Of a stretch of 32,000 nucleotides of DNA, positions 16,285-25,523 are shown one piece after another (the first letter of the stretch is position 1; every line of letters starts with the position of its first letter). The position numbers and the translations under genes were made by a program. The stretch covers positions 105,412 through 137,411 of the forward strand of contig JBAZRV010000004.1 in NCBI GenBank assembly GCA_041662745.1. Reading direction: 5' to 3'. Source of the stretch: Patescibacteria group bacterium (GTDB lineage: Bacteria > Patescibacteriota > Patescibacteriia > 2-01-FULL-39-33). The notes beneath the pieces are model-generated. The model was not told the DNA's origin, ran no database searches, and saw nothing but the letters and a program-made list of their open reading frames with translations.

Positions 16285-17073
16285 ATGAGCCAATCAGCCA
16301 ATGCCAAGGACCTTTTAACCAACGCTGCCAACGAAGGCGTAATCAGCGGTCTTTCCATACAAGCACTGAACTTGGTGGACATCGGTGGCGCCATTAATGC
16401 CGGCCTCGGCACCAAAGTGGACCTCAAAACTCCGGAAGTTCTTCTGAACGGGTTACTGATGGATGACTCCGGCTCAATCCGTTTTGTCGCCGGCAACACC
16501 GAGGCTGTGCGCCAAGGACACAACAGCGTCCTGGACGCCTTGGGAGATTCCAAGCAAAAGAACGGCATCGCCGTTACCTGCCGGTACCTTAATGGCACCC
16601 TACTCTACGAATTCTCGCCGTTGGAACAGGCGATCCGCATGGACACTGCCAACTTTAATCCCATGGGGGGCACACCCCTATACGACGAGACCTTGGTCAT
16701 GCTGGGCACGGTGCTAGCCGAACAACAGCGCTACGCCGAGTTCGGCCAAGTGGCGCGTACGGCCACTCTGATTGTCTCCGACGGCAATGACGAGCATTCC
16801 CGCCGCGCCGAAGCCAAGGACGTCGCCAAAGTAGTGCGGGACATGCTTCGGGCCGAAACCAATATCGTCGCGGCTATGGGCATTGACGACGGTAAAACCA
16901 AGTTCCGCAAGGTTTTCGGCGAAATGGGCATTCCCGATGAATGGATCTTAACGCCGGGAAATACGCCCAGCGAAATACGCAAGGCCTTCCAGGTCTTCTC
17001 GCAATCCGCAGTCCGGGCCAGCCAAGGCGGCGCCTCATTCAGTCAGGTGGCGGCCGGCGGCTTCAACGCCTAA
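16285..17073 (+). CDS. von Willebrand factor A domain protein
   Basis: MIDAS-like motif DDSGSI, GGTPLYD, VSDGNDE. Start at MSQSANAKDLLTNAANEGV with AAGGAG upstream, not the ORF-track start at 16156. Confidence 0.85.
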   Translation: MSQSANAKDLLTNAANEGVISGLSIQALNLVDIGGAINAGLGTKVDLKTPEVLLNGLLMDDSGSIRFVAGNTEAVRQGHNSVLDALGDSKQKNGIAVTCRYLNGTLLYEFSPLEQAIRMDTANFNPMGGTPLYDETLVMLGTVLAEQQRYAEFGQVARTATLIVSDGNDEHSRRAEAKDVAKVVRDMLRAETNIVAAMGIDDGKTKFRKVFGEMGIPDEWILTPGNTPSEIRKAFQVFSQSAVRASQGGASFSQVAAGGFNA

Positions 17074-17110
17074 CAACATACCTTGGATAATTACGCACCT
17101 TAACTTAATC

Positions 17111-17137
17111 AGGAGAGCTTCGGCTCTCCTTTTTTCA
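17111..17137 (+). terminator. Rho-independent terminator closing the operon
   Basis: AGGAGAGC TTCG GCTCTCCTTTTTTT. Confidence 0.92.
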
Positions 17138-17272
17138 TACGCAAAAAACTCAGTTCTCATAAAATTATTTGTCTGAACCCAAAGACGCTGATTGTCGTGA
17201 CGGCAGTATAGCCAAAAAACTCCAATTTATGTTAAAATTCCTTCAGTTGCTAATATTTAACTAAGACCGAAT

Positions 17273-18322
17273 ATGCTGGGCTATAAACCGATTAAATTTC
17301 CCCAAGACGAACTGCCTCATGATAACATTATTGAGTGGTGGTATTTTAACGGCCAATTGCAAGACCGGTCCGGCCGACGCTACCCCTTCATGGACTGCTT
17401 ATTCAAAGCCAATCCGCGCCGAGTTAAAATTCCTTTTCTGCCGCGTCTGCCCTTCGGCGATTTGTATTTTTCCCATCATCTGTTAACCGACCTGGCTAAG
17501 GATAAATTCTACAGCGCCATTGAACCGTTAGTTTTCCTAACCCCGGACAGCTTCAAGAAAAAGAAATTTTACGCCCGTTACGGTCAACCTAATATTGCCG
17601 GAAAAAAACAAGGCTTAATGGAAAAAACCTCGTCTAACAGCTGGCATTTAAAAACCGACTTATTTGACCTGACTTTAACCAGTCGCAAACCTCCGCTGTT
17701 GGTCGGTGGCAAAGGTTATCTGACTTTAGCCGATACCGCCACCTATTATTATTCTTTGACTGATTTAGAAACTCGGGGTAAAATTTTCCTTGACGGCAGA
17801 AGCATTGAAGTCAGAGGGCAATCCTGGATGGACCATCAATGGGCTGACGCCGCTTACGCTAAGCCCCGCTGGAATTGGTTTTCCCTGCAATTAGACAACC
17901 GCCATGAATTATTATGCTTTAATTTCAACTATCGCCGGCAGGCTTTTAATTTGGCCTCAATCGTTCTGCCCGACGGCAGTTGCAAACATTACCGGAAGAT
18001 AGAAATTACGCCCCTGGCGAGCGCTTGGCGCAGTCCGGATACCGGAGCGGCTTATCCGCTGACCTGGCAAATAAAAATCCCGTCGGAAAAAATCAACTTG
18101 CAGACGACCCCCTTGATGAACCGATCGGAAATGATTTTCGGCTCCATTAATTACTGGGAGGGCGGACTTTCGGTTGCGGGCGATTGGCGAGGCAAAAAAA
18201 TTTCCGGACAAGGTTTCATGGAGCTGGTCGGTTACCCCGGACGCCTCAGCCGCATCAATTATTACCAGCATAAAATCAAACGGCAGCTACAAGGAGAAAT
18301 AAAAAAACTTTTTAAACGTTAA
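17273..18322 (+). CDS. AttH/CrtC-like lipocalin-domain protein (carotenoid 1,2-hydratase superfamily)
   Basis: PHDNIIEWWYFNGQLQDRSGRRYPFM...FSHHLLTDL...GQSWMDHQWADAAYAKPRWNWFSLQLDN...YWEGGLSVAG. Confidence 0.78.
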   Translation: MLGYKPIKFPQDELPHDNIIEWWYFNGQLQDRSGRRYPFMDCLFKANPRRVKIPFLPRLPFGDLYFSHHLLTDLAKDKFYSAIEPLVFLTPDSFKKKKFYARYGQPNIAGKKQGLMEKTSSNSWHLKTDLFDLTLTSRKPPLLVGGKGYLTLADTATYYYSLTDLETRGKIFLDGRSIEVRGQSWMDHQWADAAYAKPRWNWFSLQLDNRHELLCFNFNYRRQAFNLASIVLPDGSCKHYRKIEITPLASAWRSPDTGAAYPLTWQIKIPSEKINLQTTPLMNRSEMIFGSINYWEGGLSVAGDWRGKKISGQGFMELVGYPGRLSRINYYQHKIKRQLQGEIKKLFKR

Positions 18323-18332
18323 TTATAAATTT

Positions 18333-19451
18333 ATGTCTGAAAACACCAAGGCTTGGGCCAATCGCTTGCTTGAGCCTACCGGCATTGTTTTAGATGGTCC
18401 CAATTCTTGGGATCCGCAAATCAAAAACCCCAAGCTCTACGACCGCGTCAAAGCGCAGGGGTCGCTGGGCCTGGGCGAAGCTTACATGGATGGCTGGTGG
18501 GAATGCGATAAGCTGGACGATTTTTTCTATCGCCTGCTCTCCAGCGATATTTACAGCCGTCTCAACCTGTCTTTGCCCGTCATTTTGAGTTTTCTGAAAG
18601 CCAAGTTAATCAACCTCCAAGCGGTCAGCCGCGCCTTCCAAATCGGCGAAAAACATTATGACACCGGCAACGACTTGTTTGTGGCCATGCTTGGTCCGAG
18701 CATGACTTACAGTTGCGGTTACTTCAAGGATACGGATAATTTGGATCAGGCCGAGGAAGCCAAGTTGGATCTGATCTGCCGAAAAATCAATCTCCAACCG
18801 GGACAGCGTGTTTTGGATATCGGTTGCGGTTGGGGCAGTTTTGCCCGCCACGCCGCCAAAAATTACGGCGCTAAAGTTGTAGGCATCACCGTTTCCAAAG
18901 AACAAAAAAAACTGGCCGAGGAACTATGCGCCGGTTTAGATGCGGAATTCCGATTGCAAGATTATCGAAAAGTGAATGAAAAATTCGATCACCTGGTTTC
19001 TATCGGCATGATTGAACATGTCGGCGCCAAAAATTACCGCACCTACATGGAAGTGGTCAAAAGATGCTTGAAAGATAACGGGCTGTTCCTTCTGCACACT
19101 ATCGGCAGCCTGAAATCAACCAGCAATACCGACCCCTGGATTGAAAAATACATCTTTCCTAACGGCTCCTTGCCGTCGCTTAAACAATTGACTACTGCCG
19201 TTGAAGGGTTGTTCGTAATAGAGGATATCCATAACTTCGGCGCCTACTACGACAAAACCCTGATGGCCTGGCATACCAACTTTGAAAACGCCTGGACGGA
19301 ATTAAAAAACAATTACGATGAGAGATTCTACCGCATGTGGCGCTACTATCTCTTATGTTGCGCCGGAGTCTTCCGCGCCCGAGCGATTCAGCTATGGCAA
19401 ATCGCCTTATCTCCGAAAGGCGTCAAAAACGGTTACGAATCAATCAGATAA
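18333..19451 (+). CDS. cfa: Cyclopropane-fatty-acyl-phospholipid synthase family methyltransferase
   Basis: MSYSCGYFKDTDNLDQAEEAKLDLICRKINLQPGQRVLDIGCGWGSFARHAAKNYGAKVVGITVSKEQ...IEHVGAKNYRTYMEVV. Confidence 0.92.
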   Translation: MSENTKAWANRLLEPTGIVLDGPNSWDPQIKNPKLYDRVKAQGSLGLGEAYMDGWWECDKLDDFFYRLLSSDIYSRLNLSLPVILSFLKAKLINLQAVSRAFQIGEKHYDTGNDLFVAMLGPSMTYSCGYFKDTDNLDQAEEAKLDLICRKINLQPGQRVLDIGCGWGSFARHAAKNYGAKVVGITVSKEQKKLAEELCAGLDAEFRLQDYRKVNEKFDHLVSIGMIEHVGAKNYRTYMEVVKRCLKDNGLFLLHTIGSLKSTSNTDPWIEKYIFPNGSLPSLKQLTTAVEGLFVIEDIHNFGAYYDKTLMAWHTNFENAWTELKNNYDERFYRMWRYYLLCCAGVFRARAIQLWQIALSPKGVKNGYESIR

Positions 19452-19463
19452 ACGACCAATAAT

Positions 19464-19503
19464 AAAATCCTCTCCGGCATCGCGTCGAAGAGGATTTTTT
19501 ATT
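19464..19503 (+). terminator. Rho-independent terminator after cfa
   Basis: AAATCCTCT...AGAGGATTTTTTATT. Confidence 0.75.
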
Positions 19504-19511
19504 ATTTATAC

Positions 19512-19718
19512 CTAAGCCTTAGCCTTTACAGCTGCCATCACAGCCATATAAACCGCAGACAAGCCGACCAAAACATAAACGATTCTGGAAATAATAGTCA
19601 TAGCGCCGAAGAGAAAAACAACTAAATCAAAACTAAACAGACCGACCAAGCCCCAATTCAAAGCGCCAACCAATACTAAAATTAAAGCGACCCAATCGAG
19701 AATATTCATTTTATTCAT
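19512..19718 (-). CDS. DUF378-like small membrane protein
   Basis: MNKMNILDWVALILVLVGALNWGLVGLFSFDLVVFLFG. Confidence 0.8.
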   Translation of the reverse strand: MNKMNILDWVALILVLVGALNWGLVGLFSFDLVVFLFGAMTIISRIVYVLVGLSAVYMAVMAAVKAKA

Positions 19719-19860
19719 ATGTTTAAATTTAATGAATAGAAGATGTTTCAGAGCAAACCTCGACCTTTCAAAGCGGTTCACCTATCAATATATCATATAT
19801 AATAGCATTTTTATCAATCAAAAAAAATACCCCGATCAAGATCGGGATATTTTTCTATCG

Positions 19861-21102
19861 TTAACTGATAAAAGTCAAGGCCTTACCCATTTGATCAGCG
19901 CGTCCGGTACGGCCGATGCGATGGACATAATCTTCATAGGTGGCGGGAATATCATAATTAATAACATGACTGACATTAGGAATATCCAAGCCTCGAGCCG
20001 CCACGTCAGTGGCCACTAAAATTTGAGTTTTGTTTTCTTTAAACAGTTTCAAAGCTAATTGCCTTTTATTCTGGTTCTTATTGCCATGAATGGCATCGGC
20101 CTTAAAGCCGTTGCGCGTCAAGGCAACGGACAGCTTCTCTACGCCGAATTTAGTCCGGCCGAAAATCAACACTTTGGAAAACTCCGGTTTGGCTAATATT
20201 TCTTGCAGAATCGGCAGTTTTTCTCCATCATGCCTGATTCTAATGACATCTTGTTCAATGTTCTTAGAAGTATTGCCGGTCTTGACTGAAATAGTCACGG
20301 GATTAGTCAAAAATTCGCCAATTAACTTATCAACTTCCCTGTTAACCGTAGCGGAGAAAAACAGAGTCTGTCTTTCCCGGGGCATAAGCCCCATAATAAA
20401 TCTCATATCGTTAACGAAGCCCATATCCAACATACGATCCGCTTCATCCAGAACAATGGTGGCGAACCTGGCCGGCTTAATCAGGCCGCGTTCAATCAAA
20501 TCCTTCAATCTGCCGGGCGTACCGATGATAAAATTATGCTGGCGATGCAAATCGGAAATTTGCCGGCCGATAGATGTTCCGCCGACGCAACAAACAGAAA
20601 AAATTCTTAATCTGCCGCGGAAATCAATCAACTCCTGATTGATTTGTCCGGCCAATTCGCGAGTCGGCACGATAATCAAAATGTTTTCTTTGGGATTGGC
20701 GATAACCTTATGAAGCAAGGGTAAAAGGAAAGCGGCGGTCTTGCCGGTGCCGGTATTGGCGATACCGACCACATCCAACCCCTCCAAAACAGCGGGGATC
20801 GCTTCGTCTTGGATGGGCGTCGGATTAACATAACCCTTGGCTTTGACATTGTTTTTCAAATTTTCATCAATCGCAAAATCAGCAAAGGCGTTTTTGGCTT
20901 GATACGGCTTAGCTTTAGCGACCGGTTCGGCCTTAGAAACGAACAGGGCGGGATTAATATTTTGATCGCGGAAACGATTATTGCTGCGACCGGAGATGGA
21001 TCTGCCACCGGCAGATCGGGGACTCAGACCGCTGGGCGCTCGGCGCTTACGGCCCGAAGACTTGCCAAAGCGGGAGCTTCGGCCAAAACTTCTTGTAGAC
21101 AT
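19861..21102 (-). CDS. DEAD-box ATP-dependent RNA helicase
   Basis: GIANTGTGKTAAFLLP, VLDEADRMLDMGF, FFSATV, HRIGRTGRAD; Arg/Ser-rich N-terminal extension. Confidence 0.93.
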   Translation of the reverse strand: MSTRSFGRSSRFGKSSGRKRRAPSGLSPRSAGGRSISGRSNNRFRDQNINPALFVSKAEPVAKAKPYQAKNAFADFAIDENLKNNVKAKGYVNPTPIQDEAIPAVLEGLDVVGIANTGTGKTAAFLLPLLHKVIANPKENILIIVPTRELAGQINQELIDFRGRLRIFSVCCVGGTSIGRQISDLHRQHNFIIGTPGRLKDLIERGLIKPARFATIVLDEADRMLDMGFVNDMRFIMGLMPRERQTLFFSATVNREVDKLIGEFLTNPVTISVKTGNTSKNIEQDVIRIRHDGEKLPILQEILAKPEFSKVLIFGRTKFGVEKLSVALTRNGFKADAIHGNKNQNKRQLALKLFKENKTQILVATDVAARGLDIPNVSHVINYDIPATYEDYVHRIGRTGRADQMGKALTFIS

Positions 21103-21427
21103 AGTTTGGGTTTAATTTTTAGCTTTAAAGCAGATAAACTCGCCCCTAGGCGAGCCCTCCCGCCGATAAGCGGGTATTCATAAATTTCCATCAAAGCTAA
21201 TAATTAAGCCCTAGAGTTAAAAAATGCCAATTTGGCATCTTCTAAAATGGAATTAGATGAGGCAAGACGTTAGCCGTCTCGATATACTTTAAGTCATAAG
21301 TATATCACAAAAAAAATATCCTGTCAACTAAATAATTATGAAAGTTGTAAATTTAGATAAAATATTAAGAATATCCGCCTCCTCTTGGGGCTATCAAACT
21401 CCAATAATTCAGCACCTTAATCAAATT

Positions 21428-21450
21428 AACCCGCAATTTTTGCGGGTTTT
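21428..21450. terminator. Terminator-like hairpin between helicase and MVP-like gene
   Basis: AACCCGCA attt TGCGGGTTTT; T-run favours the plus strand although both flanking genes are on minus. Confidence 0.5.
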
Positions 21451-21605
21451 GTAATTAGGTAAATTTAACGATAATCCCTTGCTTATTATTTACAATATAA
21501 TCCCATTATTAATGAAAAATGTTTAATAATATTTAATTCGCCAAAAATTAAACAAATAAAAAGAGGAATCCTTGACAGGACTCCTCGAGTAAATAAGGTT
21601 CTTAA

Positions 21606-24479
21606 TTATTCGGCGGCGACAGCTGGCTTATTGACCGAGGCCAGGCCATCCAATGCCGTAGCCATTGGTGTGCCGGCAACCATCTGCCTCAGAGCGGACA
21701 GACTGCCGACTCCCAATAGGCGTTCCAAGCCACCGCCGGCCTTAGGCAGATTCTCCGCCAAAGTCTTGGCTAGCTCCTTATTGCCAAGAGCCTGAATGGC
21801 TTCAACCAGGCCGGGTTGAACCGCTTCCAACCTATCAACATCAGCGGCAGAAACAGCGGACAGCAATTCTTTCTCGATCACGGCCAACTCTTTTCTGTTA
21901 GCAACTTCGGACTGCTGTATGGCAACCTGCGCCGCCAATTCGTTTTCGGCACGCTTCTTCTTGTCTCCGATTTCGACACTGAGCAACTCCGACTTGTGAG
22001 CGGCGTCAGTATTTTCTAACTCCGTCTTGTGAACCTGTTTCAAAAGATTGAGTTCTTGATCCTTGGCGGCATCCTCTTTGCCTCGAACCAAAGCGGCATT
22101 GATTTGCTTAACTGCCAAAGTCAAATCTCGCTCAATGGCGATGGCGCGCAACTTGGCTCTTTCAGTTGCGACTTCATTTTCACGGTATTCCGATTCAAGT
22201 TCAACCTGGCGAGAAACACCGGCCAGACGAGCGGCGACAGTTTTGCGGTTGACCTCTGCCAACTGCTCCCCAATCTCCTCGTCAGGCAAAGAAACGGACA
22301 GGATTTCCACTTCCTTAACGCGCATATTATTCTCTTCAAAGAGCATGCCCGGGCGATGCATCCCCTCACCATCGGGCTTCTTGCCCAAAATGGTATTGCG
22401 GACGAAACCGGACACGTCCCCGTAAAGATCTTCAAGCTTAAGCTGACGGGCAGTGGCGCGCAAACGACTGCGCAGATTATCGCAGAGAAACAAAATGTAA
22501 TTCTGGAAGTTAAACCATTTGATCATCTCTTCTTGAGTCGTACCTTCAAACTTCACACTATAGGCGACGTCCACAACCACCTTAACAAAATCGGCTGTCT
22601 CGAGCTCGATCTGATCGGTGACGCGGTTGCCGTCAATGCGCAAAAAACAGGTAGGCAGCTTGGGATTGCCGGAAACTTTAGGCCTGCCCTTGGTCAGCTC
22701 GAGGACCTCAAGAACTTCCTCAAACTGCAACAGTTCACGGCAAGCGCCAACCACGACACGGCGATTATCTTTGCCAGTCACTAACACCGCGTTGTTGTGC
22801 GGCACAATGACGGACAGCGCCCATGGCGTTTCTACGATGATATCGTCATTAACCCGCTTATGCGGCTCTTGGGCGGCGATCATTAAGTTAAACATCTTAC
22901 CGGGAATCCGACGTTTGGTGTGGCGTTCACGGCGCGGATCGGGCAGAACCTTCTTCTCACCCTTAACCAGAGCGATGTTGCCGGTCTCAAGCGTGGCAAC
23001 ATAGATGCCGCTTTTCTGATCGACGCCGATCGCCGGCACGTAAACTTCGCTGTGATCGTTACCGATATGCGGCTGGCGCGTCACCGGATTGCGAACTTCA
23101 ACCGATTTTGACGGCACGAAGTAAGCGTCAAATCCGCCGATGAAAATCTCGTCGCCTTTCTGGTAGACGGATTTCTCAAGCTGGCTGTCTTTCGGCAGCT
23201 GCTTAGCGAGTTCTTCCTTGGTGATTTCCGGAGCGACGACACGAAGCAACAAACCGCGATCCGTACGGATGTGGTAGGCCTCGTAAACCCCGCCCTTGGA
23301 ACCCTCCAAACGGAAACGATCATTCGGACCGGGCCAAACGCGACCGGGGCCCTTCTTGGTTTCCGGATCGCCATTCTCATCAATCAGTACACAGAACTGC
23401 GTCGGACCGGGAACCAACGCCTCACGGACAACCGAATCAATATTGGCTGTTTTCGCCTTGCCCGCACCCGGTGTCTGCCAGATTTTAGCAAGAGTACTAA
23501 AAGCATTATCCGGCAATGAATCAGCAATCGCATTATACAGAGCATGAGCAGGACGGCCAGAGCTTCGTTGTTCATTATAGCGGTCAAAAATGGCCTTATA
23601 ATACTCGGACAAGCCGGAGTTGGACAAGATTCCCTTAAGACCTTCCATCTTGAGTTCGCCGGTGTTAATCTTTTCGGCAATAACGGAAGCCGGATTGAAA
23701 GCCCTGACAGCCGGCGTCTCTTCCTCTTCCTTATCAGCCGGAACAACGTCCGTGCCCGACGGCGGAATGAAAGTCGGCGCCAAATTGCCAGGAATGATAA
23801 TCCGCTGACCGACTACAAGAGTCGGCGCCGCAAGTTGAGTTGCTTCCGCCTTGCCTTCCGGCTTAGCCGGAGAAACATTGGCGGCTGACGCAATTTCGCC
23901 GTTCGCTTCCGACAGGGCGGCGGCGGTGAGGCACCCATCTTCCGATTCGCTGTCGATAGTTTCATCAACGAGCGCTTTCTTGATCTCGGCGCACTTCATT
24001 ACCAAGCCAAAATACGGCGAGCTGGCATCAACGGCAGCCGACTCAATCAGAATCATCAGGTATTGGCTGGCCGACAAACGATGAACTCTGCGCTTCTCCA
24101 CCTTCTGGCCAGGCCAGACCGGGAAATAACCGCTAGTGATCACTCGCTTTTTGCCGTATTCCAGAGTCTTAACATCGTTCTTGCCGGTTTGCCAACGACC
24201 GTTGGGATACTCGGCATCAGGGTTGCTGACGGGATTAAAAACAACTGCATACTCGTCCGGTTGCAAAGTAACGAAATACTGAATGGCTTCGCTGACCCTA
24301 TCCTTGTCCATCAATTCAAGCTTGGTCGGGTCATTTCTGTCCGGCAAAGCAAAAATATCATCGTCGGTTACCTCCAAAGGATCCGGACCGATAACGACTC
24401 GGCCCCGGCCATCTTTCTTGGTAACAACCCAAACAAATTGTCCGACTACGAGTGGGTACTTCTTACCTTCTCCTGCCAT
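21606..24479 (-). CDS. Major Vault Protein (MVP)-like protein
   Basis: 957 aa. N-terminal repeat-like YAVVFNPVSNPDAEYPNGRWQTGKNDVKTLEYGKKRVITSGYFPVWPGQKVE; shoulder-like VETPWALSVIVPHNNAVLVTGKDNRRVVVGACRELLQFEEVLEVLELTKGRPK...VTDQIELETADFVKVVVDVAYSVKFEG; long charged helical C-terminus. AGGAGGAAACAGACA precedes the ATG. Confidence 0.82.
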   Translation of the reverse strand: MAGEGKKYPLVVGQFVWVVTKKDGRGRVVIGPDPLEVTDDDIFALPDRNDPTKLELMDKDRVSEAIQYFVTLQPDEYAVVFNPVSNPDAEYPNGRWQTGKNDVKTLEYGKKRVITSGYFPVWPGQKVEKRRVHRLSASQYLMILIESAAVDASSPYFGLVMKCAEIKKALVDETIDSESEDGCLTAAALSEANGEIASAANVSPAKPEGKAEATQLAAPTLVVGQRIIIPGNLAPTFIPPSGTDVVPADKEEEETPAVRAFNPASVIAEKINTGELKMEGLKGILSNSGLSEYYKAIFDRYNEQRSSGRPAHALYNAIADSLPDNAFSTLAKIWQTPGAGKAKTANIDSVVREALVPGPTQFCVLIDENGDPETKKGPGRVWPGPNDRFRLEGSKGGVYEAYHIRTDRGLLLRVVAPEITKEELAKQLPKDSQLEKSVYQKGDEIFIGGFDAYFVPSKSVEVRNPVTRQPHIGNDHSEVYVPAIGVDQKSGIYVATLETGNIALVKGEKKVLPDPRRERHTKRRIPGKMFNLMIAAQEPHKRVNDDIIVETPWALSVIVPHNNAVLVTGKDNRRVVVGACRELLQFEEVLEVLELTKGRPKVSGNPKLPTCFLRIDGNRVTDQIELETADFVKVVVDVAYSVKFEGTTQEEMIKWFNFQNYILFLCDNLRSRLRATARQLKLEDLYGDVSGFVRNTILGKKPDGEGMHRPGMLFEENNMRVKEVEILSVSLPDEEIGEQLAEVNRKTVAARLAGVSRQVELESEYRENEVATERAKLRAIAIERDLTLAVKQINAALVRGKEDAAKDQELNLLKQVHKTELENTDAAHKSELLSVEIGDKKKRAENELAAQVAIQQSEVANRKELAVIEKELLSAVSAADVDRLEAVQPGLVEAIQALGNKELAKTLAENLPKAGGGLERLLGVGSLSALRQMVAGTPMATALDGLASVNKPAVAAE

Positions 24480-25103
24480 TGTCTGTTTCCTCCTGGTTGT
24501 TTGTTTATGCTGATACTAATTAAACTAATCACGATTATTTACAACCTGACACGCTCATTATAACATCAATGATTTCCGATTTTAGTCACATCTGCCTCTG
24601 TCTCCTTGCCTCATCGGCTATTAGTTGCCAAAACACTAAACATATTATTTTGTCAAGGTACCGAGGCAATTATTGCCTGATTCACTAATCTACCAAAATT
24701 AACAGAAAAAGTCAAACAGTCATGGTTTCTTAAAATTAAACTCACCGACTGGTGCCGGTTAATTTCTCCTATGCAAAAAAGACGGGGAATCCGTCTTTTC
24801 ATTGACATGTAATCAATCAATATTTCTACCAAGCGCCTTTTATAGTATCTTTAAGAGACACGGCCATTTCTTCTTCATTATTAAAATCAGGTCCCTTTAT
24901 TAATTTTGCCTGTGCTAAGGTCTGATTGGCCTTTTACAATTCCTTTATGGCCATAACTGCTGTAGCGCCATGACCCGGCGAACACCCAAACTAATAAACT
25001 CTTAGACAATTTTTACAATCGTCCTTTGACGCAAAAAACACTCCAATTTGCCAATTGACGATTAATTGAAGCGCTTTTTAATTATAATAATATTCCCATC
25101 TTG

Positions 25104-25178
25104 GGTGGATGACCGGATTTGAACCGGCAGCCGCTCGGACCACAACCGAGTGCTCTAACCAATTGAGCTACACCCACC
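25104..25178 (-). tRNA. tRNA-His(GTG)
   Basis: Extra G-1 paired with C73; anticodon loop TTGTGGT; T-arm GCCGG TTCAAAT CCGGT. Confidence 0.95.
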
Positions 25179-25225
25179 ATTATTAATTAAAATCCCAAAA
25201 ACCGCGCACCTGTTAAACACCACCC

Positions 25226-25297
25226 TGCCTCCGGCAGGAATCGAACCCGCATCTTAGGCTCCGGAAGCCCATGTTCTATCCGTTGAACTACGGAGAC
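25226..25297 (-). tRNA. tRNA-Arg(CCG)
   Basis: GTCTCCG...CGGAGGC; anticodon loop TTCCGGA; T-loop TTCGATT. Confidence 0.9.
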
Positions 25298-25362
25298 GAA
25301 AATCAGACCAATCAATGCCTGTGATTCTGCTTCCAATATCCAAACCACAACAATCAAGACAA

Positions 25363-25435
25363 TGTCCGCGGCAAGAATCGAACTTGCGACCAATAGCTTA
25401 GAAGGCTACTGCTCTATCCACTGAGCTACGCGGAC
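25363..25435 (-). tRNA. tRNA-Arg(TCT)
   Basis: GTCCGCG...CGCGGAC; anticodon loop CTTCTAA; T-arm GCAAG TTCGATT CTTGC. Confidence 0.93.
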
Positions 25436-25523
25436 AAATAAAAAATTAAAGGCTAATCAACAAGAAAAATCATAGCACAAAAAATTACAAAAGTCAACAC
25501 CTGACTAAATTAAGGAAACCTTC

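Noticed and set aside
15297-17000. Numerous antisense or overlapping ORFs across the cysteine hydrolase and vWA genes
   Set aside because: Shadow ORFs in higher-GC coding DNA.
25187-25393. 68-aa minus ORF
   Set aside because: Overlaps tRNA-Arg(CCG) and part of the neighbouring tRNA region; tRNA-derived translation.
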